Assembly: GCA_014859545.1 (NCBI GenBank) | Contig: JACUTZ010000001.1 | Coordinates: 1-53,010, forward strand | Direction of reading: 5' to 3' | Source of the DNA: Gammaproteobacteria bacterium | GTDB lineage: Bacteria; Pseudomonadota; Gammaproteobacteria; Thiohalomonadales; Thiohalomonadaceae | DNA: 53,010 nucleotides | Shown: positions 28,973 through 39,236 of the stretch, in pieces | Position numbering within the stretch: the stretch's first letter is position 1 | How the letters are laid out: the number at the start of each line of letters is the position of its first letter | Program-made: the position numbers and the translations under genes | Notes under the pieces: model-generated | The model's database searches: none | Told to the model about the DNA's origin: nothing | Seen by the model: only the letters and a program-made list of their open reading frames with translations

Positions 28973-29566
28973 ATGTCTGAAAACTACACAACTTTGCCCT
29001 ATAGCAGCCTCAGCAATGGCTCTACCTATCATCGTCCGCCACAGCGTCTGCCCGATCGTGTAACGGCCGATAGTGCCGCAACCGATGTGATGACGGACTT
29101 TACCAAAGTCGCGGCGATCACCATGGGGCCCTGTGCCACCCTTAGTGCAGCAGAGCAGCGCATGATCGCCAGTGGGGTTCGCCTGCTGCTGGTCACCGAT
29201 CAAAGCAATGCCATCCTGGGGATCATCACCTCGACCGATCTGCACGGTGATCGTCCACTCAAATACCTGCAGGAAGTCGGCGGCAAGCGTGAGGACATCT
29301 TCCTGCGCGACATCATGACCCCAGCCGACAAGCTGGAGGTGCTGTACATGGTGGATGTGGAAAATGCCAAGGTTGGACACATCGTACAAACCATGAAGCG
29401 GGTTGGCCGCCAGCATGCCCTGGTGGTCGATCTGGACGGCAACAAGCAGCAAATGGTGCGTGGCATCTTCTCCACCAAGCAGATCAGCAAGCAGCTTGGG
29501 ATAAACATCGACACCACCGAGGTGGCCAAAACCTTTGCCGAACTGGAAATGGCCCTAACGGCCTAA
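28973..29566 (+). CDS. CBS-domain pair protein
   Basis: Two CBS-like segments (DVMTDFTKVAAI...GVRLLLVTD; IMTPADKL...HALVVDLDG...GIFS). Confidence 0.7.
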   Translation: MSENYTTLPYSSLSNGSTYHRPPQRLPDRVTADSAATDVMTDFTKVAAITMGPCATLSAAEQRMIASGVRLLLVTDQSNAILGIITSTDLHGDRPLKYLQEVGGKREDIFLRDIMTPADKLEVLYMVDVENAKVGHIVQTMKRVGRQHALVVDLDGNKQQMVRGIFSTKQISKQLGINIDTTEVAKTFAELEMALTA

Positions 29567-29586
29567 ACATTCACCACCTTCAAAGC

Positions 29587-29627
29587 CAAAAAAAACCGGC
29601 CAGCTGTAAAGCTGGCCGGTTTTTTAT
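29587..29627. terminator. Bidirectional rho-independent terminator
   Basis: aaaaaaaaccggccagc-tgtaaa-gctggccggttttttatt between the convergent CBS and OMP genes. Confidence 0.8.
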
Positions 29628-29642
29628 TGCGCTGCCATTGGA

Positions 29643-30221
29643 CTAGAACAACATTTTGAAGCCCACATGGAGATCGTCTTCCAGCTTGACCGCGGACGGA
29701 CCATTCTGGATATCCACATCGATATAGCGATAACCGACGTAGACAAAGGCCTGGGGCAACAGCTGATAGTCGGCGCGTACCCCATACTCACGATAACGAT
29801 CGGCGTCCTGGGAGGAGAGGATGCTCGGGGCATAATAGAAGTGACCACCAAAACCAACCCGGTGGATCGGGGTAAAACGCAGCTGCATCCCAGGTGCCAG
29901 GGCACTCAGGCTGACATTACCGGGTGAGGCATAGATCAAACGGCCACCCAAACGGATGTCAAAGGTCCCCTTCTCACTCCAGTTTTCACCACTGACATGC
30001 ATCCCCGCGTGGAACAACATATCATCCAGGCGATCTTCGTCCTCGCTGTACAGAACGCCGAAATCCGCGCTCAAGCCGGCGTGGCCACGCTTGCTCAAAT
30101 CCATCTCATAGCTAAGACGCAGCGCATCGCTGTGTACGTTAAAGTCGATACTGTCGGCAAAACTGTTATTCGCTGCCAGGGCAGCGACCAGCAAGGCCAG
30201 TCCGGAACCAATACGTTTCAT
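29643..30221 (-). CDS. Small outer-membrane beta-barrel protein (YfaZ-like)
   Basis: Signal peptide, alternating amphipathic strands, C-terminal ...VGFKMLF aromatic terminus. Confidence 0.6.
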   Translation of the reverse strand: MKRIGSGLALLVAALAANNSFADSIDFNVHSDALRLSYEMDLSKRGHAGLSADFGVLYSEDEDRLDDMLFHAGMHVSGENWSEKGTFDIRLGGRLIYASPGNVSLSALAPGMQLRFTPIHRVGFGGHFYYAPSILSSQDADRYREYGVRADYQLLPQAFVYVGYRYIDVDIQNGPSAVKLEDDLHVGFKMLF

Positions 30222-30338
30222 CGCTCAACCTCATGGGGTAAATAATCGTATTCATGATACAGTGATTCGGGCGGGATTTCATCCCCGCCACCAGAAGAAT
30301 AATCCTATGGGTATCAATAACACAGAAGGAAACACGCT

Positions 30339-30923
30339 ATGAAGAAACTCATCAGTGTCGCATTGCTTTGTACCGCCCCAGTGAGCCTGTTAATGGCCAA
30401 CGAGGCAGATGTCCAGAAACGTGTCGAAGACAGCCGTGCCGTCATCCAGCAGTTTGCCCAGCAGTTGCAGGGTGAACTGGGCAAGGCGATGAAGGCCGGT
30501 GGGCCGGTAGCCGCCATCGAGGTCTGCCAGAGCGCCGCACCAGCCATCGCCGAGGCGGAATCCCGCAAGCATGGCTGGACCGTGGGCCGCACCACCACCA
30601 AATTGCGCAACACCAACAATGCCCCGGACGAGTGGGAACTGGCGACCCTGCAGAAGTTTGAAGAGCGCATCGCCAAGGGTGAATCACCCATGGGCATGGG
30701 TCACTTCGAAGTGGTCTCTCAGAATGGCCGTGAGGTATTCCGTTTCATGAGTGCCATCGGCATGCCCTCGCTGGAACAGGCACCCTGCCTGCACTGCCAC
30801 GGCGAGAACATCGATACCAAGATCACGGCCAAGCTCGACAGCCTCTATCCGACCGACAATGCCCGTGGCTACCGCCCCGGCATGCTGCGTGGTGCCTTCA
30901 CCATCACCCAGCCAATGAACTGA
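30339..30923 (+). CDS. Periplasmic DUF3365-like protein with c-type haem-binding motif
   Basis: Signal peptide, single CLHCH motif near the C-terminus, ...RGAFTIT ending. Confidence 0.55.
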   Translation: MKKLISVALLCTAPVSLLMANEADVQKRVEDSRAVIQQFAQQLQGELGKAMKAGGPVAAIEVCQSAAPAIAEAESRKHGWTVGRTTTKLRNTNNAPDEWELATLQKFEERIAKGESPMGMGHFEVVSQNGREVFRFMSAIGMPSLEQAPCLHCHGENIDTKITAKLDSLYPTDNARGYRPGMLRGAFTITQPMN

Positions 30924-30949
30924 GTCACCATGGCACAGGGACGTGCCAA

Positions 30950-31315
30950 TCAATCAAACAACAGGGCATAGGGTCTTTGCAGATCCTGACGCAGCCCCTC
31001 CACGCTCATCTGGCGCACATAGCGCTGCTGTTCCCGATGATCCAGAAAGATGATCAGGGTCGGTACGCTCAACACCCCCATCTGGGCAGCCAGTGCCGTC
31101 GCCGTATTAACCTGGATCTTCAACACACGAAATCTTGGATAGTGTTCGGCCAGCATCTGCTCAATACGCGGGTAGAGGTTATGGCAGACACTGCAGCTAT
31201 CGGCGGAAAAATACACCGCCAGTGCCGATTCCGACGCCAATAACTCGGCAAATTGCGGCGTATCAAGCTGGATTTGTTCCATTTCTTCTTCCTGTTCAGG
31301 CATTAACCACAACAA
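30950..31315 (-). CDS. Thioredoxin-fold protein
   Basis: AVYFSADSCSVCHNL...VPTLIIF pattern (CxxC plus cis-Pro region). Confidence 0.6.
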   Translation of the reverse strand: MLWLMPEQEEEMEQIQLDTPQFAELLASESALAVYFSADSCSVCHNLYPRIEQMLAEHYPRFRVLKIQVNTATALAAQMGVLSVPTLIIFLDHREQQRYVRQMSVEGLRQDLQRPYALLFD

Positions 31316-31409
31316 AAAAGCAGTTTTATTTGGCTAAATAGCCTCTATATTGTCACGAAGGATCAAAAAAGATCGATGCGACTGACCTCGCCCAAGCCCG
31401 GAGTTTCCA

Positions 31410-31799
31410 TTGAATAACGAACTGAACAGCGAAGAACGTACCAATCTGGCCATGCTGGCCATCAGTATCCTGGATGAGTGGCGGCTGTCACCCACCGATC
31501 AAATATTTCTACTTGGCCTGCCAGACGACACCAAGCCCCGCGAACTGAGCCGCTACCGCAATGGCGTGTCGCCACTGCCTGAGGATGACGGGGTCATCAG
31601 CCATGCCCGCCATGTGCTGGGCATTCAGGAATCCCTGCACGTGGTCTTTCCACTGAATCGCAATATGCCCGGTTTCTGGCTCAAGCACCGCAACAAGGCA
31701 CTCAAGGGTATCCCACTGGAAATCATGCTGGATGAAGGCCTGAGCGGCATGCACCGGGTATGGGCACTGCTCGACTGCACTCAGAACTGGTCCAACTAA
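31410..31799 (+). CDS. Hypothetical protein, C-terminus resembles the DUF2384 (Xre/MbcA/ParS antitoxin toxin-binding) domain
   Basis: WLKHRNKALKGIPLEIMLDEGLSGMHRVWALLD resembles the DUF2384 signature. TTG start. No RES or ART toxin gene adjacent. Confidence 0.4.
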   Translation: MNNELNSEERTNLAMLAISILDEWRLSPTDQIFLLGLPDDTKPRELSRYRNGVSPLPEDDGVISHARHVLGIQESLHVVFPLNRNMPGFWLKHRNKALKGIPLEIMLDEGLSGMHRVWALLDCTQNWSN

Positions 31800-31937
31800 A
31801 AGTGGTCTCATTGTGATCCAGCACGCTGATACTGCGTTAAAAAGCCTGCTGCGGTGCTCATTTACGCTATGTAAACTGCGCTCCTCGCAGGCTTTTTGCC
31901 TTGTCTGAGCGCACTGTCTCTAATTTTGAGACCACTT
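31799..31937. repeat. 139-bp TIR-bounded intergenic element
   Basis: aaagtggtctca ... tgagaccactt termini. Internal aaaaagcctgc...gcaggcttttt hairpin. The core ctcatttacgctatgtaaactgcgct recurs in diverged form at 43470-43505. Confidence 0.65.
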
Positions 31938-33251
31938 CTAGTCCCGCGTCACCCAGGCGTTACTGATCCCAGTCTGCTGCTGAATGGTGGCGATGTAAGC
32001 CCGTGCCCCCTCACGACTGTCAAAGCCGGGCACCTGCAGGCGGAACCAGGTACGCCCATCCCGCTGGGCTTCCTGCATCTCCACCCGAATCCCCATCTGA
32101 CGTAGGCGAGCCATTTCGGTACGCGCGTCTTTCTCACTGCTCAGTGAGATCAGATTAATCGACCAGCCACCACTGCGCGAGGCTTCGGTACTGCTGGGGA
32201 GCGGCGTGACCACTTCCGGCTCGGCGGTTGTATTGCCTGGAGGGGCACTGACCAGCCGCGCCGTGCCGTTAACCGGGGCGACCAGGCTCGGTGCGCTTGC
32301 CGCTGTATCTGCACGGCCCGGCTGCTGGGCAGCCTCCAAACGCGCCAGACGTTGTTCGATGGCCTCCAGACCGTCTTCACTACTCTGTCGCAGATGACTC
32401 ATCGGACCCTCGATGATCATCGCCAGCTCATTCACCCGCGTGGCCAAGACGCTGATATCCATACGAAGTCGCTCGATGGCCAGGGAGTCAGAGGCCATAC
32501 CCAAACCAGATGCTGGCGCTTCGTCCACAGCTACACGCTGTCCCAGAGACAGTGCCAGGGCAAGAACCGCTACCAGCCCAGCCAGCACCGACAACACCAG
32601 ACTCAATCGCAGCAGGCGGCTGTTACCCTGGTCGGGGCTCGGCTGCGCTGGCCCGCCAACACCCGGAGGCGCAACATGTCCAGCGGAGGCCGCGGCCGCA
32701 TGGGCCGAGCCCGTCGCGGCCGCAGTCAGCGCCGCGGCGGCCAAGGCGTTTGGGGCTGCATCGGTCTCGTCCCTCTCCGGGAGCGCCGCAGCCGTGCCAG
32801 CATTCTCCGTTTCACTCTGCCCCAGCGAAAGATCCAATTCCTCCGTGTTCAGTGTTGGTGAAGGAAGCGCGTCCTCGCCCTCATCCAGCTCCGGGTGTAT
32901 CAGGGCATCCGCAAACAGCTCATCCTCCTCAGGCATCGGCTCCGACAGGGATGGCTCCTCGGCAAGCACGGTATCGTCCTGTGCGATGGCCTGGGTGAGC
33001 GGCTCCGCCACCGCATCCCCATCCTGCGGCGACTCGTCTTCTGTCATTTGCGTCGATATATCAGCCGGATCATCCGCATCCAGCCGCTCCAGATCGCCGG
33101 AAAAATCGTCCAAATAGGCATCAAGTTCATCCAGATCCGCGCTGGCTTTTTGCGCGTCTATCGGTGTTTCAGCCTTGGCGGTGTCCGGCTCATCGAAGAG
33201 ATCCCGAAAATCGGACATCAGGTCTTCATCGTCATGTTTATTATCGGCCAT
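31938..33251 (-). CDS. SPOR-domain protein with acidic N-terminus and one TM segment
   Basis: C-terminal SPOR domain (WSINLISLSSEKDARTEMARLRQMGIRVEMQEAQRDGRTWFRLQVPGFDSREGARAY), central TM, long D/E-rich N-terminal region. Confidence 0.75.
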   Translation of the reverse strand: MADNKHDDEDLMSDFRDLFDEPDTAKAETPIDAQKASADLDELDAYLDDFSGDLERLDADDPADISTQMTEDESPQDGDAVAEPLTQAIAQDDTVLAEEPSLSEPMPEEDELFADALIHPELDEGEDALPSPTLNTEELDLSLGQSETENAGTAAALPERDETDAAPNALAAAALTAAATGSAHAAAASAGHVAPPGVGGPAQPSPDQGNSRLLRLSLVLSVLAGLVAVLALALSLGQRVAVDEAPASGLGMASDSLAIERLRMDISVLATRVNELAMIIEGPMSHLRQSSEDGLEAIEQRLARLEAAQQPGRADTAASAPSLVAPVNGTARLVSAPPGNTTAEPEVVTPLPSSTEASRSGGWSINLISLSSEKDARTEMARLRQMGIRVEMQEAQRDGRTWFRLQVPGFDSREGARAYIATIQQQTGISNAWVTRD

Positions 33252-33559
33252 GCGTTCCTCCCATGTTTCTATCGTGCGCCAGCACCCTCACAGGCACACT
33301 TGCCGCAACACGGCACTGCAGGCATATCCAGATTAAGACGCCGGCATCCGCGTTTGCCTGATCAAATAAGCCATTCCTTTCACCCCATCACTGCAGTCTG
33401 GGTACTTGCCAAGAAACTCCGGCAAAACCAGTCAGGACAGATTTAGGCTTAACGATGTCGCAAGTATGCCGCTTATAGCGCGCTCAGGAAAGCGTCTGCT
33501 TCCCGATTTATGATCGCGTATACTGGCCCGTGCCTTCATCCGCTTGGACGATCCGTTTG

Positions 33560-34669
33560 ATGACCGATTTTTTCAGACAAAAAAGGCTTGCCGTCCCCCT
33601 GCTATTGAGCGGGCTATTGATCGCTGTGTTATTGCTGATTCATTTCCTGCATACACCCAGTCATGAGGGACCGTGGCAAACCGCTCAACAGCGACTACCC
33701 GAGATCCGGATGGACAACGACAGCGTGCAGATCAAACAACTGCGTGACTTTCGTTATTATCCCGATGGGCAGATCCGCGAGGCCCGTTATCAGCAACAAG
33801 AGTATTCGCTGGCGGCGCTGCACGCTGTTTGGTTCGGGATCTCGCATTTTTCCGAAAACGGCCTGGCCCATACCTTTTTGAGTTTTGAATTTGCCAATGG
33901 CGATTATCTGGTCGCCTCGGTGGAGGCGCGTATGCGCCCGGCGCAAACCTATCACCCAATGCAGGGCCTGCTGCGCCAATACCACAAGATCATCGTGCTC
34001 GGCACCGAGGCCGATATTATCGGCCTACGCAGCCATGTACGTGGCGAGCGGGTACTGCTCTATCCCCTACAATTAAACGCCGAGCAGCGTCGACATCTGT
34101 TACGGGGGATCATCGCCGATGCACAGGCGATCTCGACCCAACCGGTGTTCTATAACACCCTGCTGGATAACTGTACCACCAGCCTGCTGCGCCACGATCC
34201 ACAGCACCGTCTGTGGCGCGACCTGCTCGACTATCGCGTCCTGCTACCCGGATATAGCGATGCCTATGCGCAGCAACGGGGCTGGCTGGAGCCGGAGCGG
34301 GATCTTCGTCAATGGCGCCGCGAGGTACGCGTGGATGCCAATGCAGCCCCGGACGATGCGAATTTTTCACAGCAGATCCGCAGCCCCCATTACCAGCGAC
34401 TCAGCCTGTCACTGTTGTTGCTGCAACAGGATATGTACCAGGGGCAGTGGGTACACAGCAGCGGTGTGGTCAGGGGCTTTGCCGATCCCGAGCATTACTG
34501 GATCGAGGATAATCAACTGCGCCGGGTGGCCATCGAGCCCTCGGCACTCGCACTGCCCTGGCTGGGCCAGGTAGTAGAGGTCTTCGGGCGTTTTCAGTTT
34601 TACCCTGAGCAGGGACGGCTGATTGAACTGGATGCGATCCGTCCCTTAGCTCAGCAACAATCCCAGTAA
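33560..34669 (+). CDS. DUF4105-like periplasmic or lipoprotein-family protein
   Basis: TM anchor then ...HAVWFGISHF...AHTFLSFEF..GDYLVASVEAR...YNTLLDNCTT pattern. ATG at 33560 preferred over GTG at 33530. Confidence 0.55.
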   Translation: MTDFFRQKRLAVPLLLSGLLIAVLLLIHFLHTPSHEGPWQTAQQRLPEIRMDNDSVQIKQLRDFRYYPDGQIREARYQQQEYSLAALHAVWFGISHFSENGLAHTFLSFEFANGDYLVASVEARMRPAQTYHPMQGLLRQYHKIIVLGTEADIIGLRSHVRGERVLLYPLQLNAEQRRHLLRGIIADAQAISTQPVFYNTLLDNCTTSLLRHDPQHRLWRDLLDYRVLLPGYSDAYAQQRGWLEPERDLRQWRREVRVDANAAPDDANFSQQIRSPHYQRLSLSLLLLQQDMYQGQWVHSSGVVRGFADPEHYWIEDNQLRRVAIEPSALALPWLGQVVEVFGRFQFYPEQGRLIELDAIRPLAQQQSQ

Positions 34670-35599
34670 TAACAACAGGCCGTGTGTAAACAGCGCGGCA
34701 AGACTCAGACGGATTGCACCGCCCAGCTCGCCTGGCCGCTCGGCCAACAGCAGCAAGCGCGCCGCCGCCAGCAGCGATAAGGGGGCGGCCAGTAATCCCA
34801 GGCCCAGCCAGGGGGAAAAACCACCCCAGAGCAACATCCCGGCCAGCGTCAGGTGGGCCGCCAGTACCAACAGCAAATACCCCCAGGCGGCCTGTCGAGG
34901 CCCCAGCCGCACCACCCAGTGGCGCTTGCCGACCTGGGCATCGGCACGCCAGTCCGGAAACTGGTTGATGTACAGCAGCGCGCTGGCCAACAGGCCATAG
35001 GGCAGTGCCAGCCACAGCGCTTGCCACTCCAACACCTGACGCTGCACAAAATCACTACCCACGACGACCAGCAGGCCAAAGCTCAGTGCAATCGACAGCT
35101 CGCCCAGGCCATGCCGATTCAGGTCCAGTGGCGGGGCCGAATAGGCCCAGGCGATCAGCAAGCCAGCCAATCCAATCCACAACAGTGCCCAGCCGCTGAA
35201 CCACAGCAACACCCACCCGCACAGCGCCCCACCCAGTAATAGTGACACACCAAATCGCCCGGTCTGACTGCGGCTCAGTACACCGTTCTGAATGAAACGA
35301 CTGCCACCGGTATAGGGGTGAAGATATTCCTGATTGAGCGCATCCGTACCACTGCGTGCATCGTAGAAATCATTGAGCACATTCGCCCCGGCATGGATCA
35401 GTGCCACCCCAAACAAAGACAGCAGCAACAAGCCCAACTGGGGCGCATGGCCATCGCTCCAGGCAGAGGCTGCGCCGATCAGTACCGGCAGCAAACTGGC
35501 CAGCAGGAAGGTCGGGCGGGTCGCCAACCAGTAACGCCGCAGCGGATTACGCAGCGCCGCCGGTGTGGGTTCACCCGCAGGTCTGAGCTCAGCGCCCAT
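34646..35599 (-). CDS. UbiA-family prenyltransferase (MenA-like)
   Basis: Polytopic, with first Asp-rich motif NVLNDFYDARSGTD and later DxxxD-like region. 317 aa. Confidence 0.75.
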   Translation of the reverse strand: MGAELRPAGEPTPAALRNPLRRYWLATRPTFLLASLLPVLIGAASAWSDGHAPQLGLLLLSLFGVALIHAGANVLNDFYDARSGTDALNQEYLHPYTGGSRFIQNGVLSRSQTGRFGVSLLLGGALCGWVLLWFSGWALLWIGLAGLLIAWAYSAPPLDLNRHGLGELSIALSFGLLVVVGSDFVQRQVLEWQALWLALPYGLLASALLYINQFPDWRADAQVGKRHWVVRLGPRQAAWGYLLLVLAAHLTLAGMLLWGGFSPWLGLGLLAAPLSLLAAARLLLLAERPGELGGAIRLSLAALFTHGLLLLLGLLLS

Positions 35600-36722
35600 C
35601 TATCAGCCCGGCCAATTTATCAATGCCGACACAGGCGGGATCCGCCCCCAGCACTGGCTGGGCACACAGTTCGGCCACGGCGATCTCCACATCGGCGATG
35701 TAATACAGCGAAGCCAGGCCCAGGCGGTTGCGCCCCAGGTTGTGAAAGATCATCCCGAAGGCGATATCCCCCGCACTGAAACGGCTGTGGTGTCGGGCAA
35801 AATAGGCCGCCGGGCGCGATAACTGCTCATCCTCCAGCAGCGCCATCACCCGTCCGGCGCCACCGTGATAGGCCTGGATCAGCAACAGCGTGAACAGACG
35901 CTGGCGCTTGGCCTCCGGCAAGTCGCCAAAGCGGGCCTCAAACCGTGGGGCGATATTGCGGGCATTTTGATTGAGCAGGCGCAGCGCACAATCGATCTGC
36001 GCCATGCGATGCCAGTGATTGCGCTCGGCGATCCCGCAATCGTTCAACACCGCTGGAGAGAGCTGCATGATGCCACGGGCATTGGCGCTGGAATGGGCGC
36101 GTGCCTGGGCACCGCTTTCGATCAGCAGCTTACCCGCCAGATACAGGGGCAGTTGCTCGGGCAGATTCAGGCGCTGCTGGGCGATGCGGGTGGCATAGAT
36201 GCTGCGTAGTGCCTGATGCAACGAGACGGTGTCGCTCTCGCTGCCAATCGACAAATCATCCCAGGTGCCCCAAATCTGGCTGTCGGCCTCCTGTCCGAAA
36301 TAACGGCGCAGCGCCGCCGCCATCTCCACATGGGGCTGATCGCAGGACAGGGCGAAGGGATAACCCAGCGTATCGGGGCCACCCGCCACCCAGCTATCCA
36401 CCTCTCCCTGCTCCATATAGCGGGCGCGGGCATGATTCAGGCGAAACTGGGTTTCGACGGGATTGAGGGCGTTGCTGATATAGCCGAGAAACCGGCCGCG
36501 CCGGTCATAGAGGATGTGTCGTTGCGGGGTTTCGCAATAGCTGCTACCAGTGAGCACCCAGCGGCGGATGGTCACAATGTTTTGATAGACGCCACTGCTG
36601 ATCCAGTACGGGGCCTCGCGCACCGGTGCCAGCCAGGCAGGACCATCCGCCTCGCTGGCCGATACCGGTAGCAGGCAACACAGCAGTAACAATACTAAGG
36701 CCAGATATCCTCGCAAAACCAT
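35589..36722 (-). CDS. Secreted protein with lytic-transglycosylase (SLT)-like segment
   Basis: Signal peptide. ESGAQARAHSSANARGIMQL resembles the E...S...GLMQ SLT catalytic motif. The remainder is unassigned. Confidence 0.45.
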   Translation of the reverse strand: MVLRGYLALVLLLLCCLLPVSASEADGPAWLAPVREAPYWISSGVYQNIVTIRRWVLTGSSYCETPQRHILYDRRGRFLGYISNALNPVETQFRLNHARARYMEQGEVDSWVAGGPDTLGYPFALSCDQPHVEMAAALRRYFGQEADSQIWGTWDDLSIGSESDTVSLHQALRSIYATRIAQQRLNLPEQLPLYLAGKLLIESGAQARAHSSANARGIMQLSPAVLNDCGIAERNHWHRMAQIDCALRLLNQNARNIAPRFEARFGDLPEAKRQRLFTLLLIQAYHGGAGRVMALLEDEQLSRPAAYFARHHSRFSAGDIAFGMIFHNLGRNRLGLASLYYIADVEIAVAELCAQPVLGADPACVGIDKLAGLIDGR

Positions 36723-36753
36723 GCCTCAAACTAAGCTGTTTTTCCCGCCTGGG

Positions 36754-37149
36754 CTAATCATCAAAATTCAGACCGGCAATAATCCGGTTCAACTGGCCCT
36801 GCGGCCCCTCATCCGCCGGGGTGCTGCCACGCTGCGCCTCGGCCTGACTGGCCGCCTGGATGCGAGCAATATATTCATTGTTGCAGCGCTGTACCGCCTC
36901 TTTGAGAATCTCCAGCAAGGGGGCGATCTCCTCGGGCTTGCGTACCCAGCTCTCCACGTACAGCCCCTCGTCGGGATCGACCTTGATCGGATACTGGCGG
37001 TGGGCCAGCAGGCGATTGAAATCATCACACCAGCCGGGCGGGGCCTTGTGTGACAGCGTGAAATACAGATTGATGTAGGGTTCCTTGCGGATCAGGGGCG
37101 GACGCGTTTCGTCGATGCCGCTAATCCGCAGGTCGCTAATGCCTTCCAT
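36754..37149 (-). CDS. Hypothetical protein
   Basis: 131-aa ORF from [11 protein letters not shown]..., with balanced composition. The upstream ORF extension is discarded. No family recognised. Confidence 0.45.
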   Translation of the reverse strand: MEGISDLRISGIDETRPPLIRKEPYINLYFTLSHKAPPGWCDDFNRLLAHRQYPIKVDPDEGLYVESWVRKPEEIAPLLEILKEAVQRCNNEYIARIQAASQAEAQRGSTPADEGPQGQLNRIIAGLNFDD

Positions 37150-37333
37150 AATACATACCTTGCCAGCAGCGGTTGAGGGGGGGCTGGGGATCAGCATACA
37201 CCCCCCTTTTGTCGCATGCGAAGGAAATCCCCGTGCGCCTCTCCACAAACCCTGCATCGAAAGAAAGACTTACCCGAACAGTCGCTTGCCGGTAGAATTC
37301 ACGCCATTATTCACTTCATGGAGCAATATACCT

Positions 37334-38050
37334 ATGGGTAGAGCCTATCAAAACCGCAAAGAGTCCATGGCCAAGACCTCCGATGCCAAGGCCAAGGTCT
37401 ACAGCAAATACGGTCGCGAGATCTATGTCTGCGCCAAGGCCGGTGGTATCGATCCCAACGGCAATCTGGCCCTGCGCGGTCTGATCGAGCGGGCCAAGAA
37501 AGACCAGGTACCCAGCCATGTGATCGAAAAGGCCATCGACAAGGCCAAGGGCGGCGGTGGCGAAGACTTTGCCATCGCCCGCTACGAGGGGTTTGGTCCC
37601 GGCAACTGCATGGTGATCGTCGAATGCCTGACCGACAACCCCAATCGCACCTTTGGTGATGTACGCCTGTGCTTCACCAAGACCAAGGCCAAGATCGGCA
37701 GCTCCGGTACGGTCAGCCACATGTTTGACCACGCCGCGATCCTGGCCTTCAAGGGCGAAGATGACGAAACGGTGCTTGATGCCCTGCTGATGGCCGACGT
37801 GGATGTCAGTGACATCGAAAACGAGAACGGCATGATCACCGTGTTCGTTCCCCATACCGACAGCTTCAAGGCTAAGCAGGCCCTGCAGGATGCCTTCGGC
37901 GAGATCGATTTCGAGGTGGATGAGATCCAGTTCCTGCCCAAGGGCAGCACCCCCATCGCCGGTGACGACATCCCGCTGTTTGAGAAATTCCTGGATATGC
38001 TCAACGACCTGGATGACGTACAGAACGTCTACCACGACGCGCAGTACTAA
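37334..38050 (+). CDS. YebC/PmpR-family transcriptional/translational regulator
   Basis: [30 protein letters not shown]...[15 protein letters not shown]...YEGFGPG pattern. Confidence 0.88.
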   Translation: MGRAYQNRKESMAKTSDAKAKVYSKYGREIYVCAKAGGIDPNGNLALRGLIERAKKDQVPSHVIEKAIDKAKGGGGEDFAIARYEGFGPGNCMVIVECLTDNPNRTFGDVRLCFTKTKAKIGSSGTVSHMFDHAAILAFKGEDDETVLDALLMADVDVSDIENENGMITVFVPHTDSFKAKQALQDAFGEIDFEVDEIQFLPKGSTPIAGDDIPLFEKFLDMLNDLDDVQNVYHDAQY

Positions 38051-38202
38051 GGGCACTGCTGAATATTCGTGTGGCAGTACCCAGCCTGCCTTGCGGCGGG
38101 CTGTCGCAAATAACCTCCATAACAACAAGGTCTTGCATGCAGCGTGATCGCCTAGCATCGCGAAGCGTTCAGAGAACCCACCAACACAGGGGGCAGTAGG
38201 CC

Positions 38203-39130
38203 ATGAGAATCACCTTCATCCACCCCGCCGGGTTCAACTTCGTCCGGGCCAGCCGGATTTTTCGGTGCTGGCCAACAGGATGGCGCCGATCGGCATCCTC
38301 TCCCTGTCGGCCTGGCTGGAACAGCATGGGCATGAATGCGCGGTACACGACTACCTGGGCCTCTATGCACCGCGCAGCCTGGCCGAGAACGTGGATCAGA
38401 TCCTCGCCACCAAGCCGGAGATGGTTGGCTTTTCCACCACCACCTCCGCCTTCATGGATGCGGTGGAGATGATCAATCTGATCAGGGACAGACAGCCTGC
38501 GATGAAGGTGATCTGCGGTGGTGCCCATGTTTCAGCGGTCGGGCCGACGCTGTTACAGCACTTCCCGGAGATCGATTATCTGTGCATCGGCGAAGGCGAA
38601 GGGACAATGCGCGATCTGGCCGACGGCAAACCCCTGCACGAGGTGGGCAACCTGGTCTATCGGGACGGCGAGCGCATCGTCGCCAACCCGCGCCGTTCGC
38701 GGCTCAAGGAGCTGGACGAACTGCCCTTCCCGGCCTATGAGAAACTGGCCGACTTCCCCCATGACTATCACCTGCCGATCTTCTCCCACATCAAGCGCTG
38801 GGGGGCGACCATGCTCACTTCGCGCGGCTGCCCCTATACCTGCGCGACCTGCGACCGCACCGTGTTCGAGCGCCTGTATAAATACAATTCGACCGAATAC
38901 ATCTATGCACACATGAAACACCTGCGCGACAAATTCGGCGTCCACCACATCAACATGTGGTGCGCGCGGCGCGTTACTTCAGCGCCAACCAAAAGGAACC
39001 GGGAGCCGCCGCCGGTGATTTTCCGCTACACCCACGCCAGCCGCTGGGGCTCAATCCCCACTTCAGTCCCGACATGCTCAACAGCCTGAAAAAACTCAAG
39101 GTAATCGCCGAAGACAAGGTCTATTCATAG
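38203..39130 (+). pseudogene. B12-binding radical-SAM gene, frameshifted near the 5' end and apparently internally deleted
   Basis: N-terminus MRITFIHPAGFNF in frame 1. Continuation PGQPDFSVLANRMAPIGILSLSAWLEQHGHE... in another frame (shift near 38240-38250). CxxxCxxC present (RGCPYTCATC). The reading frame degenerates after ...GVHHINMW (about 38960). A plausible C-terminal tail (...LNSLKKLKVIAEDKVYS*) is in a third frame. Confidence 0.55.
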
Positions 39131-39236
39131 GCGGGCGAAACCCCGCACGTATCCTCGACGCAGATCCCGCAGCCGATCTCGCGCCGGTACGCGATGGGGT
39201 ATCCTGCCCGTCGCCCATCCCACCAAGTCAAACAAC

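Noticed and set aside
32600-33150. Low-complexity GC-rich stretch with many overlapping ORFs on both strands
   Set aside because: It is explained by the Ala-rich and Asp/Glu-rich linker of the SPOR-domain protein on the minus strand. No nucleotide-level array structure is present.
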